Assembly: GCA_038213895.1 (NCBI GenBank)
Contig: JBBQSL010000005.1
Coordinates: forward strand, 1 to 41,383
DNA length: 41,383 nucleotides
Source of the DNA: Kiritimatiellales bacterium
GTDB taxonomy: Bacteria > Verrucomicrobiota > Kiritimatiellia > Kiritimatiellales > Tichowtungiaceae
Direction of reading: 5' to 3'
This document shows, one piece after another, positions 27,478-36,181 of the stretch. Both the position numbers and the translations under genes were made by a program. A model generated the notes under the pieces. That model saw only the letters and a program-made list of their open reading frames with translations, did not search any database and was not told the DNA's origin. Position 1 is the stretch's first letter. Each line of letters starts with the position of its first letter.

Positions 27478-27649
27478 TCATTTGCCTCTAAAACGATGCA
27501 GGTGACGGCAAATAACCGCACCTGCTGAGTTCGCATCATGAAATCGCAGCGGATTACAGTCATGGAGCTTTTGCAATCCATCAGAAGTTCACACCTCGGA
27601 AAATACATCATCAAGGAACTCTCTCGGCAATCCACAGCCACCAGAGAGT

Positions 27650-28336
27650 TTAAAGATTTTTCCGTGCGACACTGAGAATGGCTGAGGCGACCTGAAGATC
27701 ATCAGGAGTCCGAATTTTCATATTCCCTGTCGAGCCGGCTACCAAATGAATCTCCTGCTTCCCTTTAGCAAGCAACTCAGAATCATCGTCCAGCAGTTTG
27801 CCGGTACCCTTTAACATCTTTTTTAAAACGTCGATTTTATAAACCTGAGGGCTTTGCACCAACCAAATGGTATTTCGGTCGAGCGATTCTGAGACCTTCT
27901 GCCCTTTTTCGGCTAATTTTACAGCTTCTGAACTTTTTACAGCGGCCACAGCGGCACCATATCGTTTGCCAGCTTTGATGGTTTCCGTGATGATATCATC
28001 CGTTAAAAATGGCCGGGTGGCTTCATGGATAAGCACCGCGGTTGCATCGTCCGGAATCCTCTCCATTGCATTTCTCAGATTAGCCAGCCGGGTCGATCCG
28101 CCAGCGACAATGGCAGAAATTTTGCGGCATCCAAAAGAACGTACTGTATGTAAGGCACTATCCACACGCTCTTTACGTACAACAAGTACCATGCCTTCAA
28201 TAAGCGGATTTTGCTCCAGCATTTGAATGGATCGTGCGACAACCGGACGGGAACCTAGCGCAAGAAATGCCACATCTATGCCAGATCCAATCTCCTGATC
28301 TTTCCCACACGCTAACACTATTGCCCATGCTGACAT
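27650..28336 (-). CDS. ispD: 2-C-methyl-D-erythritol 4-phosphate cytidylyltransferase
   Basis: 228 aa. 'AIVLACGKDQEIGSGIDVAF' N-terminus and the overall pattern fit IspD. Confidence 0.7.
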   Translation of the reverse strand: MSAWAIVLACGKDQEIGSGIDVAFLALGSRPVVARSIQMLEQNPLIEGMVLVVRKERVDSALHTVRSFGCRKISAIVAGGSTRLANLRNAMERIPDDATAVLIHEATRPFLTDDIITETIKAGKRYGAAVAAVKSSEAVKLAEKGQKVSESLDRNTIWLVQSPQVYKIDVLKKMLKGTGKLLDDDSELLAKGKQEIHLVAGSTGNMKIRTPDDLQVASAILSVARKNL

Positions 28337-28471
28337 ATTATAAGCCCCTTCGCTTTTAACAAACGCAACCTGCTATATGGCAGCAATTTATCAAGCCATC
28401 AGAAGGCTGTCAAATGCGCAGGTGAATTTTAGTCACTTAAAATACGACTATTGAAAACAAAAATATACCGT

Positions 28472-29407
28472 TTATGCGCCTTCGGTACGGAGACGCGGAT
28501 CAAGCGCGTCGCGCAACGCATCGCCGAGCAAATTGAAGGCTAAAACTAATCCAAAAATGGCCAGCGTAACGAAGGTCATTTCCCACCAAACGCCCTGCCA
28601 GAGCCGCATGCGGGCACTATTGATCATAATACCCCACGACGGTTCGTTCTGGACACCGATACCAAGAAAACTCATGAAGACTTCCGTGCTCACGGCCGCC
28701 GGGAAACGTAGCGTAAAAGTTACGATTACGACGTGGAAGACGTTGGGAAGAATGTGACGGAAGAGAATCCGCGGCCAACTCAGCCCTAGCGCTTTCGCCG
28801 CCTGCACATAGGCCTGCTCCTTATGTTTGATCACTTCACCGCGAATCAGACGGCACAGTCCGACCCACGTGGTAAGTCCGATGCCGAGATAAATTCCCAT
28901 CAGCCCCTTTCCGACCACCATAGCAATGGCAAGAATGAAAAGCAGCCCCGGCATCGAAGCGACAGTAGAATAAAGCCAGACGACAAAGCTATCCACCCTG
29001 CCACCAAAATAGCCCGCCAGACAGCCGAAGAAAACGCCGATCGGAATAGCAATCAGCGCGGTGATGATACCAACCTTATAGGCAATGCGCGTCCCCTGAA
29101 TCAGACGCTGCATCACGTCACGACCCAACGCGTCAGTGCCCATCCAATGTTTGGAATATGGAGATTGATAGGCCTGATTCAGATCGGTCTTCTGATAAAA
29201 AGCAGTCTGATCTTTCGCCTTATAAACCTGATAAACCGCTTCGCCATAAACGGCCAGCGCGGTGTAAAAAACGACCACCCCGAGACAAACCATCGCGAGG
29301 CGGTTCTTTTTCAATCGCCGCCAAGCGTCGGACCAGAGCGAGATTCCTCGCTCCGGAGTTCTCGGCGGTCGGGGTTGGGGGTCAGTCCTTGAATTTTGAT
29401 ATTTCAT
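28472..29407 (-). CDS. peptide ABC transporter permease, OppC/DppC-like
   Basis: N-terminal 'SLWSDAWRRLKKNRLAMVCLGVVV' and the transporter motif region. Its ATG (29407-29405) and the first codons lie inside the left end of the adjacent transposon. Confidence 0.8.
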   Translation of the reverse strand: MKYQNSRTDPQPRPPRTPERGISLWSDAWRRLKKNRLAMVCLGVVVFYTALAVYGEAVYQVYKAKDQTAFYQKTDLNQAYQSPYSKHWMGTDALGRDVMQRLIQGTRIAYKVGIITALIAIPIGVFFGCLAGYFGGRVDSFVVWLYSTVASMPGLLFILAIAMVVGKGLMGIYLGIGLTTWVGLCRLIRGEVIKHKEQAYVQAAKALGLSWPRILFRHILPNVFHVVIVTFTLRFPAAVSTEVFMSFLGIGVQNEPSWGIMINSARMRLWQGVWWEMTFVTLAIFGLVLAFNLLGDALRDALDPRLRTEGA

Positions 29408-30456
29408 TCTTCATCTCCAACAAAGCACCCTCTGTCACCACTTCAACCTCGCGAACCGCTCTTGAAATCGTCGCCGCGTGACCCATATTTAACGCCTCGG
29501 AAATCCATTCGTTCTTTACGCTCGTATTCCGGCGAATAAGCCATGCGATAACCTTTTTCCGGTCATCGCCTTTTTTCAGCTTTTGCAACATCTCACGGTT
29601 AACTTTCAGGACGTCCAGACCGTTCCCAAGAAGTTTTTCAGCAGCCTGTTTATCATGTCGCGCAACGGCTCCGCCGCTGTGCGAATCCCGGCGTTTTCCC
29701 ATTGCAGCATTCTCCAGAGCACCGCGCACTTGTGAACAAAACTCTGCGGATCCGAAAATCCATCCCCTTCGGATCTGATCCCACATCTCATCCGCTTTCG
29801 CTGGGTTGTCGCTATGCAGAATGGCCAGGACTCTCTTCTGCATGGCCTTGCGATAGGCCGCTCTTCCGAGTGCTGTATCCTCAAAACTGCAACTCTTCAG
29901 AACCCGGTCCACCGTCAGCCAGCCGGGCCGCTCCGAAGGATAAAGATATCCCCGAAAACTGCTCCATTTGAAATCAGAAAGTGTGCCCTTCTCTAGATCA
30001 AAACAGTTCGCCCGCACCGGATTCAAATGAATATAACTGGATACAGTAGAAAAATACTCTCCACCATCTACCAAAAGGGCTTTATATCGGCCTTGGAAAA
30101 GATGACCCCAGACCTTATGCCGGGCATTAAAGCGCTGAGTATACGTCCCCTGAAGCCACCGCATACCATCCACGAGATTCGGTTCCGGTGTTTCCAGCAG
30201 AAGATGATAGTGATTACCCATCAGGACAAAGACGTGGACTCTCCATCCACATCGATTGCACGCATCCCCGAGAGTTTTAAGAAACATCTCGTGATCCTGC
30301 TGGTCTTTAAAAACCGGATCCTGACGGTTACCGCGGCACATCACATGATATACTGCCCCGGGGAATTGAACTCTTAACGGTCTTGGCATGAGAATCATGT
30401 AAACAAACTACAAAGGTAGCGTCAATCGAAAATATCAAAATTCAAGGACTGACCCC
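29378..30456. mobile_element. insertion element carrying a Y1 (IS200-like) + DnaA-HTH transposase, bounded by 27-bp perfect terminal inverted repeats
   Basis: 29378-29404 is GGGGTCAGTCCTTGAATTTTGATATTT. 30430-30456 is its exact reverse complement. A single gene lies inside. The right flank has a tandem 11-bp duplication GACCCCACTAA (30451-30472). Confidence 0.7.
29382..30398 (-). CDS. transposase: N-terminal Y1 HuH (IS200-like) domain + C-terminal DnaA-type helix-turn-helix
   Basis: 'VYHVMCRGNRQ' and HuH 'MGNHYHLLLE'. The C-terminus 'KVIAWLIRRNTSVKNEWISEALNMGHAATISRAVREV' is a DnaA-C-like HTH. The stop codon sits in the left inverted repeat. Confidence 0.75.
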   Translation of the reverse strand: MILMPRPLRVQFPGAVYHVMCRGNRQDPVFKDQQDHEMFLKTLGDACNRCGWRVHVFVLMGNHYHLLLETPEPNLVDGMRWLQGTYTQRFNARHKVWGHLFQGRYKALLVDGGEYFSTVSSYIHLNPVRANCFDLEKGTLSDFKWSSFRGYLYPSERPGWLTVDRVLKSCSFEDTALGRAAYRKAMQKRVLAILHSDNPAKADEMWDQIRRGWIFGSAEFCSQVRGALENAAMGKRRDSHSGGAVARHDKQAAEKLLGNGLDVLKVNREMLQKLKKGDDRKKVIAWLIRRNTSVKNEWISEALNMGHAATISRAVREVEVVTEGALLEMKNEISKFKD

Positions 30457-30473
30457 ACTAAGACCCCACTAAC

Positions 30474-31787
30474 TCATTTCAATTTGACCCGTGGATCGAC
30501 TAGGGCGTAACAAATGTCGGTTAAGAGGTTGGCTATAACAAAGAGGATCGAGCCGACCAGCACGATAGCGCGAACGACGTCGACATCGGATGAGTTGATG
30601 GCGTTGATGCCGAGGTAGCCGAGACCTGGGATGCCGAAGAAGCTTTCCAGCAGCAGACTGCCGGTATAAAGAAACGGTATGGCGATAACGGTGTTGGTGA
30701 TGATCGGGATCATCGCGTTTTTCAGAACGTGTTTGAAAAGCACCCCGAGTCGACTGACGCCTTTGGCCTGAGCGGTGCGGACATAGTCACGGTGCGCCTC
30801 GTCGAGCATGATGGTACGGTAGAAGCGCAATTCAGCGCCAAGACCGCTGAATACGCCGATCAGTACCGGCAGTATTAAGTAACGTGGATCCTCAAATCCC
30901 CAGACTGGGAACCAACCCGCTTTGAAGGCGAGCAGATACTGTCCGGCAACAATCCAGACGAGATAGTTGACGCTCATCAGCGCAACCGAAAAGACGACGA
31001 AAAAGCGGTCCACCCAGGTATCGCGCCAGAAGGCACAAAAGAGCGAAAGCATGATGGCGGTTATCAGGCCCGCGAAGAAAATAGGCACAGCCAACATCAG
31101 TGACGGGCCGATGCCGTCGCTCAGCAGTTTGGAAACACGCTGATTCGTACTGCTCGAAACGCCAAAGTCGAGATGCGCCAACCGATTGAGGTAAAACATG
31201 AACTGCGAATCGAACGGATTATTCATCACGCGACGCAATTTAATGGCACGAATTTCCACTGGGGCAGTTCCCGGAATGATTTTCCCCACGGTTTGAAAGC
31301 GCAGACGGATTTTTTTCCAATCATTGGAAAGTTTAAGCTGATTTTCTCCAAACGTTGGAAATCCGCCAGCGCGTCCTTCGATTTCGAGTTCGTATTCACA
31401 ATCGGTGCGCAGAGCAAATTTAAGCGGAAACTCATATTCTCCGCCAGCAGCAAGAACGATCATACCATTAGTCCAGATGACGCCCGCCGCTCCCTGCCAG
31501 TCGCCTGCGGTACGTTCAAAGTCCGAGTCAGCATAGGCGCGAGTCCCAGTGCTGGAACCAACAAAAAGCGGTTTATTAAATCCTCGCTGTTCATCGAACT
31601 CTTCGAGGGCCTGCGGTGAAACATGCTGTCCGAGGACTTGCAACGCCGGACTGCCGCCGACGATATTAAATAGTACAAACGTAATCAGAATGACGCCGAA
31701 CACCGTCGGGATCATCTGCACTATTCGTTTGGTAATATAGCGAAGCATGAGCATCTGGAATGTTGGAATAGAGGAAGGATGGAACAT
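30474..31787 (-). CDS. peptide ABC transporter permease, OppB/DppB-like, with an enlarged periplasmic loop of about 130 aa
   Basis: Conserved permease core ('YVRTAQAKGVSRLGVLFKHVLKNA'). 437 aa against the usual roughly 310. Confidence 0.75.
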   Translation of the reverse strand: MFHPSSIPTFQMLMLRYITKRIVQMIPTVFGVILITFVLFNIVGGSPALQVLGQHVSPQALEEFDEQRGFNKPLFVGSSTGTRAYADSDFERTAGDWQGAAGVIWTNGMIVLAAGGEYEFPLKFALRTDCEYELEIEGRAGGFPTFGENQLKLSNDWKKIRLRFQTVGKIIPGTAPVEIRAIKLRRVMNNPFDSQFMFYLNRLAHLDFGVSSSTNQRVSKLLSDGIGPSLMLAVPIFFAGLITAIMLSLFCAFWRDTWVDRFFVVFSVALMSVNYLVWIVAGQYLLAFKAGWFPVWGFEDPRYLILPVLIGVFSGLGAELRFYRTIMLDEAHRDYVRTAQAKGVSRLGVLFKHVLKNAMIPIITNTVIAIPFLYTGSLLLESFFGIPGLGYLGINAINSSDVDVVRAIVLVGSILFVIANLLTDICYALVDPRVKLK

Positions 31788-31829
31788 TAATGAATATTCA
31801 GATCCGACTTCGTTTACCCCATCATTCCA

Positions 31830-33710
31830 TCATTCCCCCCTTCCATTATTCCGTTTCCAAGCGTTCCACGCCGCGTTGTCGATGCGGCGAAATTTGACCA
31901 TGGTATAAGGAAAATCGTGAAGCGTGTAGTTTTTCAGCCAGTTATGGATAACGGCAAAGTCCATGGGCTGGTACATGTAAATCCACGGACAATCTTCGAC
32001 AACCAGATCGGCCATCTGTTCGCAGAGGCGGTCTTTTTCCGGGCCGGGCAACATGGTGCGCAACTGATCGTAGAGTTTGTCGAAATCTGGATTGATGTAG
32101 TTGGCGTGATTAGGGCCGGGCGAAACATTCGCGCCATAGAAAAGCTGAAGGAAGTTTTCGGAGTCCGGGTAGTCGGCGATCCAGCCGAGTTCAAAAATCT
32201 GCGCCTGACGGCGATCCAGCTTGTCGAGAAAGGCTGGCCAGTTATTGTAGCTGGCCTTCAGTACGACGCCCACTTTATCAAACATACTGGCGACCAGCTC
32301 GATCGCCTGCCGCATGTCAGCGGTCGCGTTACCCAGCTCGATATTCAATTCAAGCCGACGTCCGGTTGCCGGATTAATTCCGTCTGGGTAACCGGCCTCA
32401 GCCAAAAGCTGTTGCGCTTTTTCAAGGTTGTACGAATAAGCCGTCGGCACCGGCTTAAAGCCAGCCAACGGAGCAGGCAAAGGGCCGTAAACGGGAGCAA
32501 CACGTCCGTTATAATACTTGACCAATAATTCCGGATGAAACGCACAGCTCAGCGCCTGCCGCAGCTTTTTATTTTTTCCGACGACTGGGTCGTCCAGATT
32601 GAAGCCAATATAATAAGGGCTAAGCGTCGGGCTGGAAAGCAGATCGACGCCCTGCTTTTTAAGGTCTTCGACGAGACCGCTGTCGGGCTTGATGACGGCA
32701 TCCCAGTTGTCGCGCGAAATACCGCTATAGCTGAACTGTCCGGAGAGAAACATCATCCAGGTGGTCGCGGCGTCGTCCACGACATACTGCACAATGCGGT
32801 CAATAAAGGGAATCTGCTTTCCGGCATCGTCGAGCAGTCCGGCGGCGCGGGCTTCTTCCGGGCCGGTGGATGGATAAGTTTCGATCCGGCCAGTTTCAGC
32901 CCACTTGGGATTGCGGATAAACTCGATGCGATAGTTGCTCTTATACTGGCTGAGAATGTACGGACCGGTGCCGACGGGATGGTTAATAAATTCACTGCCG
33001 TAAAATTCGACCGCCTCGCGCGGCACGGCAAAAGCATAGTTCATGGCCAGTACCCACAAAAGCTGCGGATATGACCCCTTCAGCTTAAACTGCAACGTAT
33101 ACCGATCCAGCGCGCGCAACCCTTCGACACCGCGGTTATAATCGGTGGGCGCAGTTCCGGACGAAGCGGCGCGGAATTCATCAAGACCGAGAATCCGGTT
33201 ATTGAAAGCCCAGTAGCCGGAGGAAGCTGTTTTCAAATCAGCAACACGTTTGAGGGAATAAACAAAATCCTCTGCGGTCAGCTCGCGGCCCTTGCCGCTG
33301 GGAAAACAGACATCGTCTTGAAAATAAATGCCTTGGCGCAGACGGAACGTGTAAGTGAGTCCGTCTTCCGAAACCTCGGGCATGGCGGCGGTAAGCATTG
33401 GCTGAAGACGGTATGGCCGGTCTAAAAAGGAATACTCCAGCAGCCCTTCATAGAGGCGTCCGACCAGCGCGGATGATGTGACATCGCCTGCACGGGCAGG
33501 ATCGAGACTTTTTATGCGGGAGGTCTGCCCGTAGAGCACCTGTTCGCCTTCGAAACGAAGGGTATCAAGCTCCTGCCGTCCGCAGGCGGAAATAAATAAA
33601 CAGAAGAATATCGAACAGCCGAAGCGAAGCGGAGACAGGCTTAAGCGAGGCGAAAGCAATGAACGAAGGGAATGGCAACGAATAATAAATAATGAAGTAA
33701 ATTTGCGCAT
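31830..33710 (-). CDS. ABC transporter substrate-binding lipoprotein, family 5 (OppA/DppA-like)
   Basis: Lipobox 'FISAC'. Family-5 SBP core. Start taken at the ATG at 33710, which avoids overlap with secG; the tabulated ORF extends to 33839. Confidence 0.75.
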   Translation of the reverse strand: MRKFTSLFIIRCHSLRSLLSPRLSLSPLRFGCSIFFCLFISACGRQELDTLRFEGEQVLYGQTSRIKSLDPARAGDVTSSALVGRLYEGLLEYSFLDRPYRLQPMLTAAMPEVSEDGLTYTFRLRQGIYFQDDVCFPSGKGRELTAEDFVYSLKRVADLKTASSGYWAFNNRILGLDEFRAASSGTAPTDYNRGVEGLRALDRYTLQFKLKGSYPQLLWVLAMNYAFAVPREAVEFYGSEFINHPVGTGPYILSQYKSNYRIEFIRNPKWAETGRIETYPSTGPEEARAAGLLDDAGKQIPFIDRIVQYVVDDAATTWMMFLSGQFSYSGISRDNWDAVIKPDSGLVEDLKKQGVDLLSSPTLSPYYIGFNLDDPVVGKNKKLRQALSCAFHPELLVKYYNGRVAPVYGPLPAPLAGFKPVPTAYSYNLEKAQQLLAEAGYPDGINPATGRRLELNIELGNATADMRQAIELVASMFDKVGVVLKASYNNWPAFLDKLDRRQAQIFELGWIADYPDSENFLQLFYGANVSPGPNHANYINPDFDKLYDQLRTMLPGPEKDRLCEQMADLVVEDCPWIYMYQPMDFAVIHNWLKNYTLHDFPYTMVKFRRIDNAAWNAWKRNNGRGE

Positions 33711-33762
33711 AACTCTTACTTCATCATTCGGAGTCCCTAATTCGACATTAAATATTCTGCCT

Positions 33763-34107
33763 TTATTCCACAGGAACAGATGGCATTTGCACCGGAACCT
33801 GGGGCATAGCGGGCTGTTCCATCGGAATTGGCTGTGCAACGGCTGCCTTATCCAGAATCGACTCGTTGGCGCTACCGGCGAAAAGAATACCGAGAACCAG
33901 CGTGTTCACCAGAAATACGACCCCGATAACAACGGTGGCCTTGGTCAACACGTTACCGGCCCGTGCGCCGAAAAGTGAATCGCCGCCGCCAGATCCGAAC
34001 GCCATGCCGAGGCCTCCGTTTTTAGATTTCTGCAACAGAATCAAGCCAATCAGCGCCAAACTGCACGCCGCTTCAAGAATGATAAGTAATGTACGAATAA
34101 CAGCCAT
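33763..34107 (-). CDS. secG: preprotein translocase subunit SecG
   Basis: 'LIGLILLQKSKNGGLGMAFGSGGGDSLFGARAGNVLTK' is the SecG signature. Lies downstream of tpiA, the conserved arrangement. Confidence 0.85.
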   Translation of the reverse strand: MAVIRTLLIILEAACSLALIGLILLQKSKNGGLGMAFGSGGGDSLFGARAGNVLTKATVVIGVVFLVNTLVLGILFAGSANESILDKAAVAQPIPMEQPAMPQVPVQMPSVPVE

Positions 34108-34266
34108 AGTTTAATCCTCCGAGGATTTTGAAACCGAGAGTCTATTCATTAGCAACACCTGTTGCCAAACAAATTCCAAAAATCGATGAAATGATGGAAC
34201 ACTGAAAAAAAGGAATAATGAAACTGCATTAATCCACCACTCCATTATTCCAGCATTCCATTCTCC

Positions 34267-35022
34267 TTATATTCCTGCTTTGACAATATCAATAAAAGAA
34301 CGGACTTCGAGAGCCGCGCCGCCGATCAAGCCACCGTCAATATCAGGTTGCGACAGCAATTCCTTGGCATTGGAAGCCTTCATACTGCCACCGTACTGAA
34401 TACGCAGGCCCTTAGCCGCTTTTTCGCCCACCATATCGCGAATGATACTACGAATAAAGGCATGTACTTCCTGCGCCTGTGCGCTGGTAGCCGTTTTCCC
34501 AGTACCGATCGCCCAGACCGGCTCATAGGCCACCACGACATTTTCAAACTGCTCAGCCGTAATATCGGTCAGACTGCCACGCACCTGCGCCTCAACAACC
34601 TTCTCGGTATTTCCCGCTTCGCGGTCGGCAAGTTTCTCACCAACACAAACGATTGGGCGTAGATTTTTTTCCAGAGCCTTCTTGACCTTCTTGTTCACCC
34701 AAAAATCGGTTTCCTTATAATACTCGCGGCGCTCGCTGTGGCCGAGAATAACGTACTTAACGAACAGCTCTTTGAGCATGGTGTGGGAGATTTCGCCAGT
34801 ATAAGCCCCGTCATCTTCCGAACTCATGTTCTGACAACCGAGCTTGATCTGACTATCAGCCAACACGTCACTAATCGACTTAAGTGTCGTGAACGGAGGA
34901 CAAACCACCACATCGACACCGACACAGTCATCCAACTCGCTCTTGATACCTTGAATAAGGGTCAGCGCCTCAGCGACCGTCTTGTTCATCTTCCAATTTC
35001 CAGCAATAATCTTCTTTCTCAT
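34267..35022 (-). CDS. tpiA: triose-phosphate isomerase
   Basis: 'IIAGNWKMN' and 'YVILGHSERR' are TIM signatures. Confidence 0.95.
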   Translation of the reverse strand: MRKKIIAGNWKMNKTVAEALTLIQGIKSELDDCVGVDVVVCPPFTTLKSISDVLADSQIKLGCQNMSSEDDGAYTGEISHTMLKELFVKYVILGHSERREYYKETDFWVNKKVKKALEKNLRPIVCVGEKLADREAGNTEKVVEAQVRGSLTDITAEQFENVVVAYEPVWAIGTGKTATSAQAQEVHAFIRSIIRDMVGEKAAKGLRIQYGGSMKASNAKELLSQPDIDGGLIGGAALEVRSFIDIVKAGI

Positions 35023-35131
35023 ACAAATCTCCTGCTTCCGGTTAAAAATGAGCCGAGAATCTACCTAACTGAGCCTCGATAGGCAACGCTCAAAACTCAA
35101 ATCCAGTTCATTTCATTGATCTCCATTCATT

Positions 35132-35265
35132 ATACCCATCACGCATACTGTTCGGTAAAAAAACAAAGGGGAGTGAGCGACCGCCGGGCGCGCCGCACGG
35201 TGGAATGGCTCTCCTGCTCAGTCGACTTGGCGAGCGTGCGGACGGCTCGGCGAGCCGTCCCTACC
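35132..35265 (-). repeat. copy 3 (intact) of dispersed repeat R
   Basis: The reverse complement begins GGTAGGGACGGCTCGCCGAGCCGTCCGCACGC, a perfect 21-nt palindrome GGACGGCTCG-C-CGAGCCGTCC. It ends with a TATAAT-containing segment about 110 nt upstream of the tpiA ATG. Confidence 0.75.
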
Positions 35266-35278
35266 GACGGAATGACTA

Positions 35279-36181
35279 TTAGGCCCAGAGATTTTCGGGG
35301 TAAACACCGGCAGTGACGAGCGCGCGGATACCCGCCATTACTTGCGGCTTGTCGTCGGCATAGGTGACGCCCATCCATTTTTCGTTGGTAGGCAGAACCT
35401 CTACAGTGGTCTGGCCACGTTTGATCAGGTCGTCAACGACTTCCAATAAGAAAAATTCACTTTTGAGTTCTGTTCCGCGCCGCGCGAGAAATTCAGCAAA
35501 GCCCCGATCCAACGCTTCGAACAACCCCGGTGTGAAGCCCCAGGTGTTCATGGAAACCATATCGTCGTCGGCCATCGGTTTCAGTTCGTTATTTTCTTCA
35601 TACCGAATCACGCCGTCCGCTTTGCGCTCAATGTTGTAGCGCTCGACAATGTGCCGAAGCTTCCCGTTCTGCACGTCACAGAAACCACGCGCCACGCCAC
35701 CGTAAGGCGATAGCGTGTTTTTGATATAAAAGCCGACCATGCAACTTTCGGTGCTTTTCACGTCCATTGCCATCAGCCGTTTAGCGATGACTTGAAACGA
35801 TTGGCATCCATAAAAGTCGTCGGCGTTAATTACCGCAAACGGTTCGTGAACGACGGGGCGCGCCATAAGAACCGCCTGACCGGTGCCCCACGGTTTGGTG
35901 CGACCTGCCGGCATCAAAAATCCGGACGGAAGTTTGTCCATGGTTTGGAAAACGTATTCGACCTGAATTTTTCCGTCGAGCTTACGTCCGATCACTTCCT
36001 TGAAGGCTTCTTCGATATCAGGACGAATAATAAAAACGACTTTGCCGAAACCCGCTTGAATCGCGTCGTACACTGAATAATCCAAAACAATTTCGCCGGA
36101 CGGGCCGACGGGGTCAATCTGTTTGAGCCCGCCGTAGCGGCTACCGATTCCTGCGGCCATAATCACGAGAGTTGGTTTCAT
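35279..36181 (-). CDS. sugar-phosphate nucleotidyltransferase (NTP-transferase fold)
   Basis: Gly-rich NTP loop 'LVIMAAGIGSRYGGLKQ' and 'VINADDFYG'. The start overlaps the upstream gene's stop by 4 nt. Confidence 0.6.
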   Translation of the reverse strand: MKPTLVIMAAGIGSRYGGLKQIDPVGPSGEIVLDYSVYDAIQAGFGKVVFIIRPDIEEAFKEVIGRKLDGKIQVEYVFQTMDKLPSGFLMPAGRTKPWGTGQAVLMARPVVHEPFAVINADDFYGCQSFQVIAKRLMAMDVKSTESCMVGFYIKNTLSPYGGVARGFCDVQNGKLRHIVERYNIERKADGVIRYEENNELKPMADDDMVSMNTWGFTPGLFEALDRGFAEFLARRGTELKSEFFLLEVVDDLIKRGQTTVEVLPTNEKWMGVTYADDKPQVMAGIRALVTAGVYPENLWA

